Below, piece after piece: positions 36,746 through 50,426 of a stretch of 64,000 nt of DNA. The first letter of the stretch is position 1. Each line of letters begins with the position of its first letter. A program made the position numbers and the translations under genes. The notes beneath the pieces were generated by a model. The model ran no database searches. It was not told the DNA's origin and saw only the letters and a program-made list of their open reading frames with translations. This DNA is from Mobula hypostoma (taxonomy: Eukaryota). The stretch is from contig NC_086097.1 of NCBI RefSeq assembly GCF_963921235.1, forward strand, positions 176,082,001 through 176,146,000. The letters run 5' to 3'.

Positions 36746-39264
36746 TGTATTGTGCACCATCAATCCCCTGCTATGAACAACAGCCCCAATGTTTGTGCTA
36801 ATGTTTCTGGACTGGAGGTTCTAGCCTACTGACTTAGTTGAGACTGTTTTACTGTGAGTGCTTGGTGTATTCATGAGAACTGTTTAGTTCTCATTGACAC
36901 ACCCTACCTGTCGGAGCTGTTACAATTACCAGTACTAATTAATCCTGCTTTTGCTATTTGCAGCCGCGTCCAACTCTGAGCTCACCTAAGGAGATTTAAG
37001 GGTCTTAACTCAGTTACCGCTACAAATGAAGCAAATTACAATCTCTAACTCTGCATAATTTTGTAGAGCAGACAAGCGTGCAAACTTAGTGACTGAAAGC
37101 AAACTTTAAATCAATTTTTCAAAGTAAGTGTGATTCAGGACAGGCAGAAATATTGAACTATTTCCTTTAGCAAATGGTACAGAAGTTAGAGTGTGTTCAT
37201 TTAGATTTGAATTTGACTTTGACTTTCACCCTTATTCTACCACTTCTCATTCTAGTCTCACACAATCTCAGTTGAAAAAGCCTGCTTGCATTTGTCATAT
37301 CTATATTCCTCATAATTTTGTATACCTCTATCAAATCTCCCCTCATTCTCTAATACTTCAGGGACCTATGCCACCTTTCTCTATAACTCTATTCCTGGCA
37401 ATATCCTTATAAATTTTCTCTGTATTGTTTCAATCTTAATGGCGTCTTTCCTGAAGATAAGTGGCCAGATCTGCACACAATATTCCTAAGTCTTATACTA
37501 CTTCAACATAACATCCCTACTCCTGTACTCAGTACTCTGATATATTCAGGAAAATGAGACAAAAACTCTCTTTATGACCCTATCTACCTGTAATGCACCT
37601 TTCTAGGAAGGTGCATTACGGGATCTGTGTTGCCAGAACTTTTTGTTCTGCTGCACTCCACAGCCCTTCAATTCACTTTGTTAAGTCCTACCCTGTTTTG
37701 TTTTACCAAACTGCAACACCTCACACTTTTCTGCATTAAATTCTACCTGCCATTTTCAGCCCATTTTTCTCGTGTGTCCAGATTCCAATGAAAGCTTTGA
37801 TTTACCTGTTTTGTTTTGTTTTACCAAACTGCAACACCTCACACTTTTCTGCATTAAATTCTACCTGCCATTTTCAGCCCATTTTTCTCGTGTGTCCAGA
37901 TTCCAATGAAAGCTTTGATAGGTTTCCTTGCTTTCAACCACACCTCCAATCTTGGTGTCATCTGCAAATTTGCTGATCCAGTATTGCAATTAGAATACTT
38001 AAGAACTTACAAAGCTGCAGAGAGTAGTGAATTCAGCCTAATACATCACAGGTACATCCCTTCTGACCACCTACAGGAGGTGCTACCTCAAGGAGGCAAC
38101 ATTCGTCATCAAAATTCTGCACTGTCTGGGCAAGCCAACTTCTTACAGCTACCATTGGGCAGGAGGTACCAAAGCTCAATGTCCCACAACACCAGGTTCA
38201 AGAACAGGTACTTCCCTTCAACTATTTGGTTCTTGAAACAGCACTTACTCAGTATCACAACACTATGTCAACTTTGCATGACGATGGACCTATTTCTTAT
38301 TTTAGTTATGTTCCTGTAAAAGTTATTTCCTCAAAGAATTCCACCAGATATGCTACGCAAGATTTCCCCTTAAAGAAACCCTGTTGACTTCGTCTGATTT
38401 TTGCATGTACTAAGTACCCCAAAACCTCATCCTTAATAATGGACTCCAACAGCTTCCTGACCATTGTAGTTAGGCTAACTGGATTATGATTTCCATTTCT
38501 CTGCCCCCCTCCTTTCTTGAAGAGTGGAGTGACAATGCAATTTTCCATTTTTCCGGAACCATTCCAGTGATCCTTGAAAGATCACTTCTAATGCCTCTAC
38601 AATCTCTTTAGTTACCTCTTTCAGGCCCTGATATTTAATCCAACTGGTCCAGGTGACTTACCTCCTTTGGACCATCCAGCTTCCCAAGCACCTTCTCCTT
38701 AGTAATAGCAACTACACTAACTTTTGCTCCCTGACACTGCTGAGTTTCTAGCACCCAGCTAGTGTCATCCACAGTGAAGACCGATGCAAAATACTTATTA
38801 AGGTTGTCCGCCATTTCTTTGTCTCACAATACTACCTCTCCAGTGTCATTTTCCAGCGGTCCAATATGCACTCTTGCCTCTTTTCCTCTTTATATATCTG
38901 AGGAAAAACCTTTGGTATCTCCTTTTATACTATTGGCTAGATTGCCTTCAAATTTCATCTTCTGTTTCCTTATTGCTTTTATAGTTGCCCTCTCTTTTGC
39001 TCCTGTTTTTGACACTTGTCAGCCACAGTTGCATCTTCCTGCCTTTAGAAAACTTCTTCTTCGGGATGTATCTATCCTGCACTTTCCAAATTACTTTCAG
39101 AAGCTCTAGTCATTGCTGTTTTTTGCTGTCATCTCTGCTAGGGCCCCCTTCCAAGTAACCTTGGACAGCTCCTCTCTCATGCCTCATCATCTACTTTACT
39201 CCACTGTAATGCTGATGCATCTGATTTTAGCTACGCCCTCTTAAACTGCAGGGTGAATTCAATC

Positions 39265-42200
39265 CGAGGAACAGACGGGAGATTCTATGGACGTGTACGG
39301 GACATTCAGGTGGTATGTTGCCACCCAGGTGCCAGGGTCAGGAACATCTCAGATCGCATCCACAACATTTTGGAGAGGGCGGGAGAGCAGCCAATGATAT
39401 AAGAAAGAAAAGCAAAGAGTCCTGAAAAGAGAAATTAGAGAACTAGGTAGAAAGATGAGAAGCAGGACCTCTAGGGTAGTAATTTCTGCATTTCTGCCTG
39501 TACCATCTGCCAGTGAAGGCAGATACAGGTTGATCTGGCAGATTAATGTGTGGCAGAGAAGCTGGTGCAGGAGGCAGGGCTTCAGGGATTCAGATTTTTG
39601 GATCATTGGGATTTCTTCTGGGGGAGTTATGACCTGTACAAATGTGACAGGTTGCACCTGAACCTAAGGGGGACCAATATTCTTGTGGGCAGCTTTGTTA
39701 GAGCTGTTGGGGAAGGTTTAAACTAATTTGGCAGGGGTTGGGAAATAGAGTGAGGCAACTCAGGATTGGGTGGATGGTAAAAAAGCATAGATAGCGTTCA
39801 AGCAACACACATAAAAGTTGCTGGTGAACGCAGCAGGCCAGGCAGCATCTCTAGGAAGAGGTACAGTTGACATTTCGGGCCGAGTCCCTTCGTCAGGACT
39901 AACTGAAAGAAGAGCTAGTAAGAGATTTGAAAGTGGGAGAGGGAGGGAGAGATCTGAAATAATAGGAGAAGACAGGAGGGGGAGGGATGGAGCCAAGAGC
40001 TGGACAGGTGATTGGCAAAGGGGATATGAGAGGATCATGGGACAGGAGGCCTAGGGAGAAAGAGAGGGGGGGGAGCCCAGAGGATGGGCAAGGGGTATAG
40101 TCAGAGGGATAGAGGGAGAAAAAGGAGAGAGAGAAAGAATGTGTGTATATAAATAAATAACAGATGTGGTACGAGGGGGAGGTGGGGCATTAGCGGAAGT
40201 TTAAGAAGTCAATGTTCGTGCTATCAGGTTGGAGGCTACTCAGACGGAATATAAGGTATTGTTCCTCCAACCTGAGTGTGGCTTCATCTTTACAGTAGAG
40301 GAGGCCGTGGATAGACATATCAGAATGGGAATGGGACATGGAATTAAAATGTGTGGCCACTGGGAGATCCTGCTTTCTCTGGCAGACAGAGCGTAGGTGT
40401 TCAGTGAAACGATCTCCCAGTCTGCGTCGGGTCTTGCCAATATATGGAAGGCCACAGCAGGAGCACCGGACGCAGTATATCACCCCAGTCAACTCATGCA
40501 GGGATCGCTCCCTACGCAACTCCCTTGTCCATTCGATCCCCCCCATCCATCCCCACCGATCTCCCTCCTGGCACTTATCCTTGTAAGCGGAACAAGTACT
40601 ACACATGCCCTTACACTTCCTCCCTCACTACTATTCAGGGCCCCAGACAGTCCTTCCAGGTGAGGCGACACTACACGTGTGAGTCGGCTGTACCTCTTCC
40701 TAGAGATGCTGTCTGGCCTGCTGCGTTCACCAGCAACTTTTATGTGTGTTGCTTGAAATTCCAGAATCTGCAGACTTCCTCGTGTTTGCGTTGATAGCGT
40801 TCAGTCAGACTGACAGGAAGGGTAGGTAGATGATAGGAAAAAATTGTACCCAGCAGCTAGAGTATCAGTACATTAGGTAAAAATCAAAAATGGTAGCAAA
40901 AACAGTACTCAAAGTGTTCTATCTCAATGCACAGAGTTTAAGAAACAAGGTGGATGATCTTGTTGCACTATTACAGATTGTCAGGTATGATGTTGTGGCC
41001 ATCACTGAATCATGGATGAAGGATGGGTGTAGCTGGGAGCTGAATGTCCAAGGTTACCCGTTGCATTGGAGAGACAGGAAGATAGTCGGAAGGGGTGGCG
41101 TGGCTCTGCTGGAAAGAATGGTATCAGGTTAGTAGAGATGTGACATAGGAGCGGAAGGTGTTGACTCCTTGTGGGTTGAGTTAAGAAACTCCAAGGGTAA
41201 AAGGACCCTGATGGCAATTATATACAGACCTCCCAACAGTAGCTGGGATGTTGACCACAGATTACAACAGGAAATAGAAAAGGCATGTCAAAAGGGCAAT
41301 GTTATGATAGTCATGGGAGGATTTAAAATGCAGGTCTTTTGGGAAAATCAGGTTGGTAATGGATCTCTAGATAGTGAGTTTGTTGAATGCCTAAGAGATG
41401 GCTTTTAGAGCAGTTTGTCATTGAGCCTACTAGGGGATCTGCTTTGGTGGATTGGGTGTTATGTAATGAACTGGAGGCGATTAGGGAGCTTAAGGTAAAA
41501 GAACCCTTAGGAGGCAGTGATCACAATATGATTGAGTTCAACTTGAAATTTCATAGAGAGAAAGTAAAATCTGACATAGGAGTATTTCAATGGAGTAAAG
41601 AAATTACAGTGGTATGAGAGAGGAGCTGGCCAAAGTAAACTGGAAGAAGATGCTGGCAAGGATGACAGCAGAGCAGCAATGGCCTGAGTTTCTGGGGAAA
41701 ATGAGGAAGGTGCAGGATAGACATGTTCCAAAAATTAAGAAATACTCAAATGGCGAAATAGTACAGATCATGGCTGATAATGAAGTCAAAGATAATGTAA
41801 AATCAAAAGAAGGGCATAGAAAAAAGAGAAAAAATTAGTGGGAAGATCGAGGATTCAGAAGCTTTTAAAAACTTACAGAGAGCAATTAAATGAATCATTG
41901 TGAGCACAAAGATGAAATATGAAAGCAAGCTAGCCAACAATATCGAAGTGGATAGTAAAAGCTTTCTCAAGTATGTAAAAAATAAAAGAGAGATGAGAGT
42001 TGATATAGGACTGTTAGAAAATGAGGCCGGAGAAATAATAATGGGGGCCAAGGAGATGGCAGGTGAACTAAATGAATACTTTGAATCGGTCTTCACTGTG
42101 GAAGACACTAGCAGTGTGCCAGATGTTGTGGTGTGTGAAGGAAAAGAAGTGAGTGAAGTTACTATTATGAAGGAGAAGATGCTCAAGAATCTGAAAGACC

Positions 42201-43634
42201 TAAGGGTACATAAGTCCTCCAGAGTGGATGAACTGCACCCATGGGTTCTGAAAGGGGTAGCGTTAGAGATTGTTAGAGGCATTAGTAATCATCTTTCATA
42301 AATTATTGCACTCTAGCATGATGTCAGAGGACTGAAAATAACATATGTCACTGCACTTTTTCAGAAAGGAGGACAGCAGCAGAAAGGAAATTATAGACCA
42401 GTTAGCCTGATCTTAGTGTCTGGGAAGATGCTGGAATCAATTGTTAAGGATGAGGATATGGAGCACTTGGTAACACAGGATAAGTTAGGACAAAGTCAGC
42501 CTGGTTTCCTTAAGGGAAAATCTTGCCTGGCAAACCTGTTAAAATTCTTTAAGGAGATTACAAGTTGGGTAGATAAAGGGGACATAGTAGATTTGTATAT
42601 CTGGACTTTCAGAAGGCCTTTGACAAGTTGCCACACATGAGACTGCTTACCAATTTGAGAGCCCATGGTATTATAGGAAAGTTACTGGCATGGTTAGAGC
42701 ATTAGTTGATTGATAAGAGGCGGCATGTGAGAATAAAAGGATCCTTTTCTGATTGGCTGCCAGTGACTAGTGGTGTTCTGCAGAGGTCAGAGTTGGGACC
42801 ACTTCCTTTATGCTGTATATCAATGATTTAGATGATGGAATAGATGGCTTGTTGCCAAGTTTGCAGATGATACGAAGGTTGGTGGAGGGCAGGTAGTATT
42901 GAGGAAACAGGTAGGCTGCAGAAGGACTTGGACAGATTAGGAGAATGGGCAAGAAAATGGCAAATGTAATACAATGTTGGAAAATGCATGGTCATGCACT
43001 TTGGTAGTAGAAATAAATGTGCAGACTGTTTTCTAAATGGGGAGAAATTCCAAAATTTTGCAATGCAAAGGGACTTTGGGAGTCCTTGTGCAGAACAACT
43101 TAATGGTTAACTTGTAGGCATAGTCAGTGGTGAGGAAGGCAATGTTAGCATTCATTTCAAGAGGTTTAGAATGTAAGAGCAGGGATGTAATGCTGAGGCT
43201 TTATAAGGCACTCGTGTGGCCTCACCTTCAGTGTTGTGAACAGTTTTGGACTCCTCATCTAAGGAGTTCATCTAGCATTGGAAATGGTTCAGAGGAGTTA
43301 CACAAGGATGATTCTGGGAATGAAAGGGTTATCATACGAGGAACGTTTGAAAGAAGGGTGTCCATTTAAAATAGAGATGCGGAAAAATTTCTTCAGCCAG
43401 AGGGTGCTGAATTTCTGGAATTTGTTAGCATAGGCAGCTGTGAAGGCAAGGTTGTTGGGTGTATTTAAGGCAGAGGTTGTTAGATTTTTGATCGGACACT
43501 GCATCAAAGATTAGGGGGAGAAGGCTGGGGAGTGAGGCTAAAGAGGGGAAGAAAAAGATCAGCCATGATTGAGTGGTGGAGCAGACTTGACAGGCCTTAT
43601 TCTGCTCCTCTGTCTTATTGTCTTATGGTCTTAT
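39265..43634 (+). mobile_element. Long CR1 LINE (esterase, APE, RT, tail), multiply disrupted
   Basis: YLNAQSLRNK, YRPPNS, GGSDHNMI, NYRPVSL, KFADDTK; (TCTTATGG)n tail. Confidence 0.9.
39801..40792. mobile_element. Penelope-like insertion with inverted termini
   Basis: 11-bp direct repeat GATAGCGTTCA (39790-800, 40793-803); minus segment to ~40491, plus segment after; ~70-bp inverted ends; decayed hammerhead at 39865-39900 (-). Confidence 0.9.
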
Positions 43635-44449
43635 TATGATTACTGCCTCCTAAGGGTTCCTTTACCTTCAAGTCCATAATCAAATCTGGTTTATTACACA
43701 ACACCCAATCCAGATTTCCTTTACCTTAGTGGGTTCAACTACAAGTTGCTCTAAAAAGCTATTTCATGTGCATTCTATAAATTCTCTCTGTTGGGATCCT
43801 GCATTAACCTGGCTACAATTTTGCCCTATCATCTGCCTGCCCTTCATTACAGTCTCACAACACACTGCATTAGTTGTATACCAACTGCCCCATCCTCAGC
43901 CCCATGATTAGGGTTCCCATTTTCCTGCCAAATTAATTTAAACTCTTCCCCAACACCTCTCGCAAATCTGCTTGCAAGGATACTGGCTCCCTTCAGGTTT
44001 AGGTGTATCCTGTCATTTTTGTACAGGTCGTATCTTCCCTAGAAGTGATCCCAATGATCCAGAAATCTGAAACCCTCCCCACTGACTCAATTCCTCAGCT
44101 GCATATTCATTTACCAAGTCATCTTATTCTTTCCCTCACTGATGCATGGCACAGGCAACAATCCAGAGATTACTACCCTTGAAGTCCTGTTTTTCAGCTT
44201 TCTACCCAATTCCCTATATTCTCTTTTCAACACCTCCTCCCTTTTCCCATTGACTTGCATGCAAATCATTTTATCACATTGGTGCATAGAGGTAGTACAA
44301 GGGAAAATAATTTATGCTCTCCTTGTAATTTTTTTCTGCACTTTTCTCAAAGAATTTTTTTTAGTGAAATAAAAATACGCGGAAGCCATATTGAGGATGT
44401 TCTGGACAGATCTCCAATTTCTGGAGAGGGGAAACAATATGCTTAAGTT

Positions 44450-45440
44450 GTTTCTGTGTGGATTAGAAATAACGTCTCCACCTCACTGACAATCAATACT
44501 GGTGCACCTCAGGGCGGTGTCCTTTATCCATTGCTCAACTCCCTCTACACTCATGACTCTGTGACTAGGCAGAGCTCAAATGCTATCTATAACTATTGTT
44601 GGCAGAATTTCAAATGGTGATGAGAAGGTGTGCAGGAACAAGATATAGGAGCTAGTTGCGTGTGTTGCAGCAATAACCTCGCACTCAACATCAGTAAGAC
44701 CAAAGAACTGATTGTGGATTTCAGTGAGGTTAAGATGAGAGAATACACACCAGTCCTCATAGAGGGATCAGAATTGGAAAGAGTGAGTAAGTTCAAGGTC
44801 CTAGGTGTCAATATCTATAAGGTCCTAACCTTGACCAAACGTATCAATGCAGCTACAAAGAAGGCATAATAGCAGCTATATTTCATGAGGAGTTTGACGT
44901 GATTTTGTATGTCACCTAAAACATTAGCAAATTTCTACAGATGTATTGTAGAGAGCATTCTAACTGGCTGCATCATCATCTGGTATGGGAAGGGGGGCTA
45001 CTGCACAGGATTGAAGTAAGCTACAAAGAGGTATAAAATTAGTCAGCTTCATCATGGGCCCTAGCCTCTGTAGTATCTAGGACATACCCTCTTCTCATTT
45101 CTACCATCAGAAAGGAGGTACAGAAGGCTGAAGGCACACACTCAATGATTCAGGAACAGCTCCTTCCCCTCTGCCATCTGATTTCTGAATGGACACTGAA
45201 CCCATGAATACTACCTCACTACTTTTTATTTCTTTTGTTGCACTACTTATTTCATTTAACCATTATGCCTCTCCATGGCACCAATGTTGTCCAAGGGAAT
45301 CTATACACACTTGCTGTAATTCACCAGCTTTTCTTTCAATTATTATGTATTGCATAAAACTGCTGCCGCAAATTTCACAAAATTCATGACATATGCTGTT
45401 GATATTAAACCTGATTCTGACGATGAATTCTGATTCTGGT
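44450..45440 (+). mobile_element. Rex1/Babar-type LINE fragment (RT to tail)
   Basis: TGAPQG, NNLALNISKTKELIVDF, (TGATTC)n tail. Confidence 0.85.
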
Positions 45441-46458
45441 GGGGAAGTTGTCTTTGCCTCAACAAAGGAAGCTGATTGGTGGAGGTTATTTTCCTTATTT
45501 ATTTTAACGCTCTACTGGGCTCACTTTGTTTTGCTTATACTAAGCTTTCAAAAGAAAAACTTGAAGTCAGGGAGCATTCTTCACCTGTCCTCTCCACTGT
45601 GCATCAAATAACTAAGAACTGTAGTTTACAATAGGCTTTTATCATTCCTTTGTGTCTGTGAAATGAATCATGACTCTACCATATAAAGAGGCCACTCCCC
45701 ACCTCATGAAAAATTCTCTTTGTGATGTGTGTGTTAGTTGAGTGAGCAATTCAGATACTTGACAGAGAGATCACATATCCTTGCCAGTATCAGTTACTCC
45801 ATTGGTCATCGGTCACCTTAAGAGTCTGGAACTTGAAATGCACTGTCAAAAATATCCAAAAAATTGGTGACCTGTTCACCTAAAACTGCTAATAGTGATA
45901 CATCGTACTAGCTTCAAGTTAAGCGCTACCTGATTTTGCAACAGATCAGAAATAAGCCTTTCAGCCCATTGTCACTGGTCATTGTACTTCCATAGAGTCA
46001 TAAGATTCTTGAAGCACAGAAACAAACCTTTAGCCCAACTAGTTAAATCAGGGCATCAAATGTTACAGGGAGAATGGGGTTGAGAAGGATAATAATCAGC
46101 CATGATGGAATGATGGAGAAGACTCAATGGCCAAGTGGCCTAATCCTGCTCTCATGTCTTATGTTCTCATTGTCTTTTCTGACCAAGGCTCCGGCCTCCT
46201 AGCTTGTTTCATTTGCTATCTGATCCATATCCTTTCCATTCCATGAACATGGCCAACTGTCTTTTTAAAGTGTTTCAATAACAGTGGCAATGATAGACCA
46301 GGGAACTACAAGCTGGTAATTCTGACTTCAGTTGTACTGAAGTTATTGCAGGGAGTTCTGAGTGACAAGATCTACCAACACTTGGATAGTCAAGGCTTGA
46401 TCAGCAATAGTCAACACAGTTTTGTGCATAGGAGGTCTGATGAATCTTTTGGAGCTCA

Positions 46459-48125
46459 ATGAATCAGAAACAGAATCAGTTTTATTATCACCGGCATGTG
46501 ACATGAAATTTGTTAACTTAGCAGCAACAGTTCAATGCAATACATAATCTAGCAGAGAGAAAAAAAAATTAAAAAATAATATTAATAAATAAGCAAGTAA
46601 ATCAATTGCGTATATTGAATAGATTTTTAAAAACGTGCAAAAACAGAAATACTGCATATTTCTAGATTGGTCAAACTGGACTGGTCAAAGAACACTGAGG
46701 CTGTCTACAAGAAGGGTCAGAGCCGTCTCTATTTCCTGAGGAGACTGAGATCCTTTAACATCTGCCGGATGATGCTGAGGATGTTCTACGAGTCTGTGGT
46801 GGCCAGTGCTATCATGTTTGCTGTTGTGTGCTGGGGCAGCAGGCTGAGGGTAGCAGACACCAACAGAATCAACAATCTCATTCGTAAGGCCAGTGATGTT
46901 GTGGGGATGGAACTGGACTCTCTCACGGTGGTGTCTGAAAAGAGGATGCTGTCCAAGTTGCATGCCATCTTGGACAATGTCTCCCATCCACTACACAAAG
47001 TACTGGGTGGGTACAGGAGTACATTCAGCCAGAGACTCATTCCACCGAGATGCAACACAGAGCATCATAGGAAGTCATTCCTGCCTGTGGCCATCAAACT
47101 TCACAACTCCTCCCTTGGAGGGTCAGACACCCTGAGCCAATAGGCTGGTCCTGGACTTATTTCCTGGCATAATTTACGTATTACTATTTAACTATTTATG
47201 GTTTTATTACTATTTAATTATTTATGGTGCAACTGTAACAAAACCAATTTCCCCTGGGATCAATAAAGTATGACTACTACTACTACTTAAAAAAAAAAGT
47301 GAGGTAGTGTCCAAAGGTTCAATGTTCACTATCAATGTCCATTTAGGAATCGGATGGCAGGGGGGAAGAAGCTGTTCCTGAATCACTGAGTGTGTTGCTT
47401 CAGGCTTCTGTACCTCCCACCTAATAGTAACAGTGAGAAAAGGGCATGCCCTGGGTGCTGGAGATCCTTAATAATAGACGCTGCCTTTCTGAGACACCGC
47501 TCCCTGAAGATGTCCTGGGTACTTTGTAGGCTAGTACCCAAGATGGAATTGACAAGATTTACAACTTCTGCAGCTTCTTTCAGTCCAGTGCAGTAGCCCC
47601 TCCATACCAGACAGTGATGCAGCCTGTCAGAATGCTCTCCTTGGTATATATAGAAGTTTTTGAGTGTATTTGTTGACATGCCAAATCGCTTCTAAACTCC
47701 TAATATTTTACAGCCACTGTCTTGCCTTCTTTATAACTACATCAATATGTTGGGACCAGGTTAGATCCTTGGAGATCTTGACACCCAGGAACTTGAAGCT
47801 GCTCACTCTCTCCACTTCTGATCCCTCTATGAGGATTGGTATGTGTTCCTTCGTCTTACCCTTCCTGAAGTCCACAATCAGCTCTTTCATCTTACTGGCG
47901 TTGAATGCCAAATTGTTGCTGCAGCACCACGCCACTAATTGGCATATCTCACTCCTGTACGCCCTCTCGTCACCACCTGAGATTCTACCAATAATGCCTG
48001 TATCATCAGCAAACTTATAGATGGTATTTGAGCTATGCCCAGCCACACAGTTATGTGTATATAGAGAGTAGAGCAGTGAGCTAAGCACACACCCCTGAGT
48101 TGCACCAGTATGGATCGTCAGCGAG
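46459..48125 (-). mobile_element. Rex1/Babar-type LINE fragment inserted in an old CR1 (~46280-49280)
   Basis: TGATQGCVLSSLLYSLYTH..YKFADDT; itself interrupted at ~46660-47287. Confidence 0.85.
46660..47287 (+). mobile_element. Young Rex1/Babar-type 3' fragment, (TAC)n tail
   Basis: Intact frame KLDWSKNTEAVYKKGQSRLYFLRRLRSF...SFLPVAIKL; ends GGGATCAATAAAGTATG(ACT)n. Confidence 0.9.
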
Positions 48126-50111
48126 GTAGCCAAGGGGATTGATGAAGGTAGGGCAGTAAATATTATCTATATGGACTTTAGTAAGGCTGTTGACAAGGTC
48201 TTGCATGGTTGTCTGATCTGGAAAATTAGGTCACTGGCATTCAGGGAACACTAGTGACGTGGATTCAGAATTGGCTCAATGAAAGGAAGCAGGTTGCGTT
48301 TGTTGAAAGTCGATGTTCTGACTAGAAACCTGTGACAAAGGGGTCAACTTAGGGGTCAATGTTGTTCATTATCTATGTACATTATTCAGATGTGAATGCA
48401 CATGGAACTATTAGAAAGTTTCATGATGATACTAAATTAGGGCATCTTGTTATTGAATTACAAAGAGTTAGGGAAAAGGGCTGAAGAATGGCAAGTGGAT
48501 TTCAACTTAGATAAGTGTGAGTAATTCAGTTTGAGTATTCAAAGTAGGGTAGGACAAATGGCAAGGTATTGAAAAATGTGTGGAACAGAGGGACCTGGGA
48601 GTACAAGTGCGTAGTTAACTGGAAGCAGCTGCAGAAATAGACCGGGTAGTGAAGAAGACATTTAGCATGCTGGCCTTCATCAGTGTGTGCATCTAGTTTA
48701 GGAGTAGTGACATTATGTTGCAGTTACATAAGTCATTGGTGAGACTATGCTTGGAGCACTCTGTACAGTTTTGGTCTCTTTGTTAAGCTGGAAAGGGTGC
48801 AGAAGAGATTTACAAGGATGCTGCCTGGACCAGAAGGCCTGACCTTAAGGGAGAGGTTGGCTGCGTTGAATGTTTGTTCCATGGAGTGCAGAGAATGAGG
48901 GAATGACCTCAGAAGTTTTAATATCATCAGGGGTATGGATAAAGTGAGCAGCCATAGTCTTTTCCTCTGGGCTGGGGAATCCAAATCAAGACATCATAGA
49001 TAGAATATAAAAAGGAAGGCATTTAAAAGAGACCAGAGAGAACACTTACTTATACAGAAGATGGTGAGTACCTGGAGTGAGCTGCCAAAGGAAGTGTTTG
49101 AGGTTGGTACAATTACAAAGTTTAAGAATAATTTTAATATGTACATGAAGGGGAGGGGCTTTGAAGGTTATGGGCTGAATGTAGGTAACTGAGGCTAGCA
49201 GGGAGGATGCTGTGGTTGGCACGGACGAGATGGGCCAAAGGACTTGTTTCCATGTTGCATTACTCATTGACTCAATAAAGTTGCTACTATACCTATCACC
49301 ATCACCTCCTCAGGCAGCTTGTTCCAGATTGCTACCAGCTTTCATGTCCTGCATATTATACAGAACGCTGTCTGTATGTGTTACCACTCAGTATCTTCTT
49401 CATATCTTCGTCAGTACTTAGTCACTTCCACCATTCATCTCCCAGCTTCTTACATCATTCCTACTCTTTCCCCGCCTTCACCTATTGCTCACCAGCTCCA
49501 GCCACACCTTCTCCCCCACCATTTTATACTAGCTATCTATCTTCTTTATTGATGATCCTGATGAAGGGTTTAGACCCAAAACACCAACTGTCCATTTCTG
49601 CCATGAAAGCTGCCTGACCCCCTGAGTTCCTCCTGCTTCTTTGTTCATTGGCCCACTGACACTCATTCTGCATTAATTCCATTTTATTCTCCTCAAATTC
49701 CCATCAGCTCACTCCCTCCCCCGAAGATTCTACCACTCACGAATACAGCAGGGAAAATTTACAGCAGCCAGTTAACTCACCAACTGCACATCTTTGAAGT
49801 GCTGGAGGAAATTGGAGCACCCAGTGGAAACCCACACGGTCACAGGGAGAACATGCAAACATGACACAGGCTGTGCTGGAGGTCAGGGTTGAACCAATGA
49901 ATGAAATGCTGGATGACCCCAGCAGGTCAGGTAGCACCTGTGGAGAGAAATGGACAGTTAATGTTTCAGGACAAGACCCTGCACTGTTGGTTTTTGGCTT
50001 ATTATTGTCACCTGTAGGAGATACAGTGAAAAGCTTTGGTTCGTGAGCCATCCAGACAGAACATAAAGTTCAAAGTTCAAAATAAATGTTATTATCAAAG
50101 TACATACATGT

Positions 50112-50426
50112 GGGCACATGGCCAAGTGGTTAAGGCATTCGACTAGCGATCTGAAGGTCGTGAGTTCGAGCCCCAGCCGAGGCAACGTGTTATGTCTTTG
50201 AGTAAGGCACTTAATCACACATTGCTCTGCGACGACATTGGTGCCAAGCTGTATGGGTCCTAATGCCCTTCCCTTGCACAACATTAGTGTCGTGGAGAGG
50301 GGAGACTTGCAGCATGGGCAACTTCCGGTCTTCCATACAGCCTTGCCCAGGCCTGCGCCCTGGAGTGTGAAGACTTTCCAGGCGCAGATCCATGGTCTCA
50401 CAAGACTAATGGATGCCCCAAAATCA
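50112..50426 (+). mobile_element. Full-length tRNA-derived SINE (family B)
   Basis: A box TGGCCAAGTGG, B box GAGTTCGAGCC; ACATGT direct repeat at 50106-11 and 50427-32. Confidence 0.85.

Larger units (their letters stand above)
38318..44255 (-). mobile_element. Older CR1 LINE split by an antiparallel CR1 insertion
   Basis: GAATTCAATC (39264) resumes as TATGATTACTGCCTCCTAAGG (~43635); RT N-terminus at 38318-38548, esterase at ~43950-44250. Confidence 0.8.

Noticed and set aside
45440..45960. Promoter (ATTGG at ~45475, TATAAAG at 45682)
   Set aside because: Short motifs are expected by chance in AT-rich DNA; no CpG island or downstream exon is evident.
50112..50185. tRNA gene
   Set aside because: A/B boxes are present but continue into a SINE body with a TSD, and I see no convincing acceptor stem; the same applies to 5122-5279 and 8512-8712.
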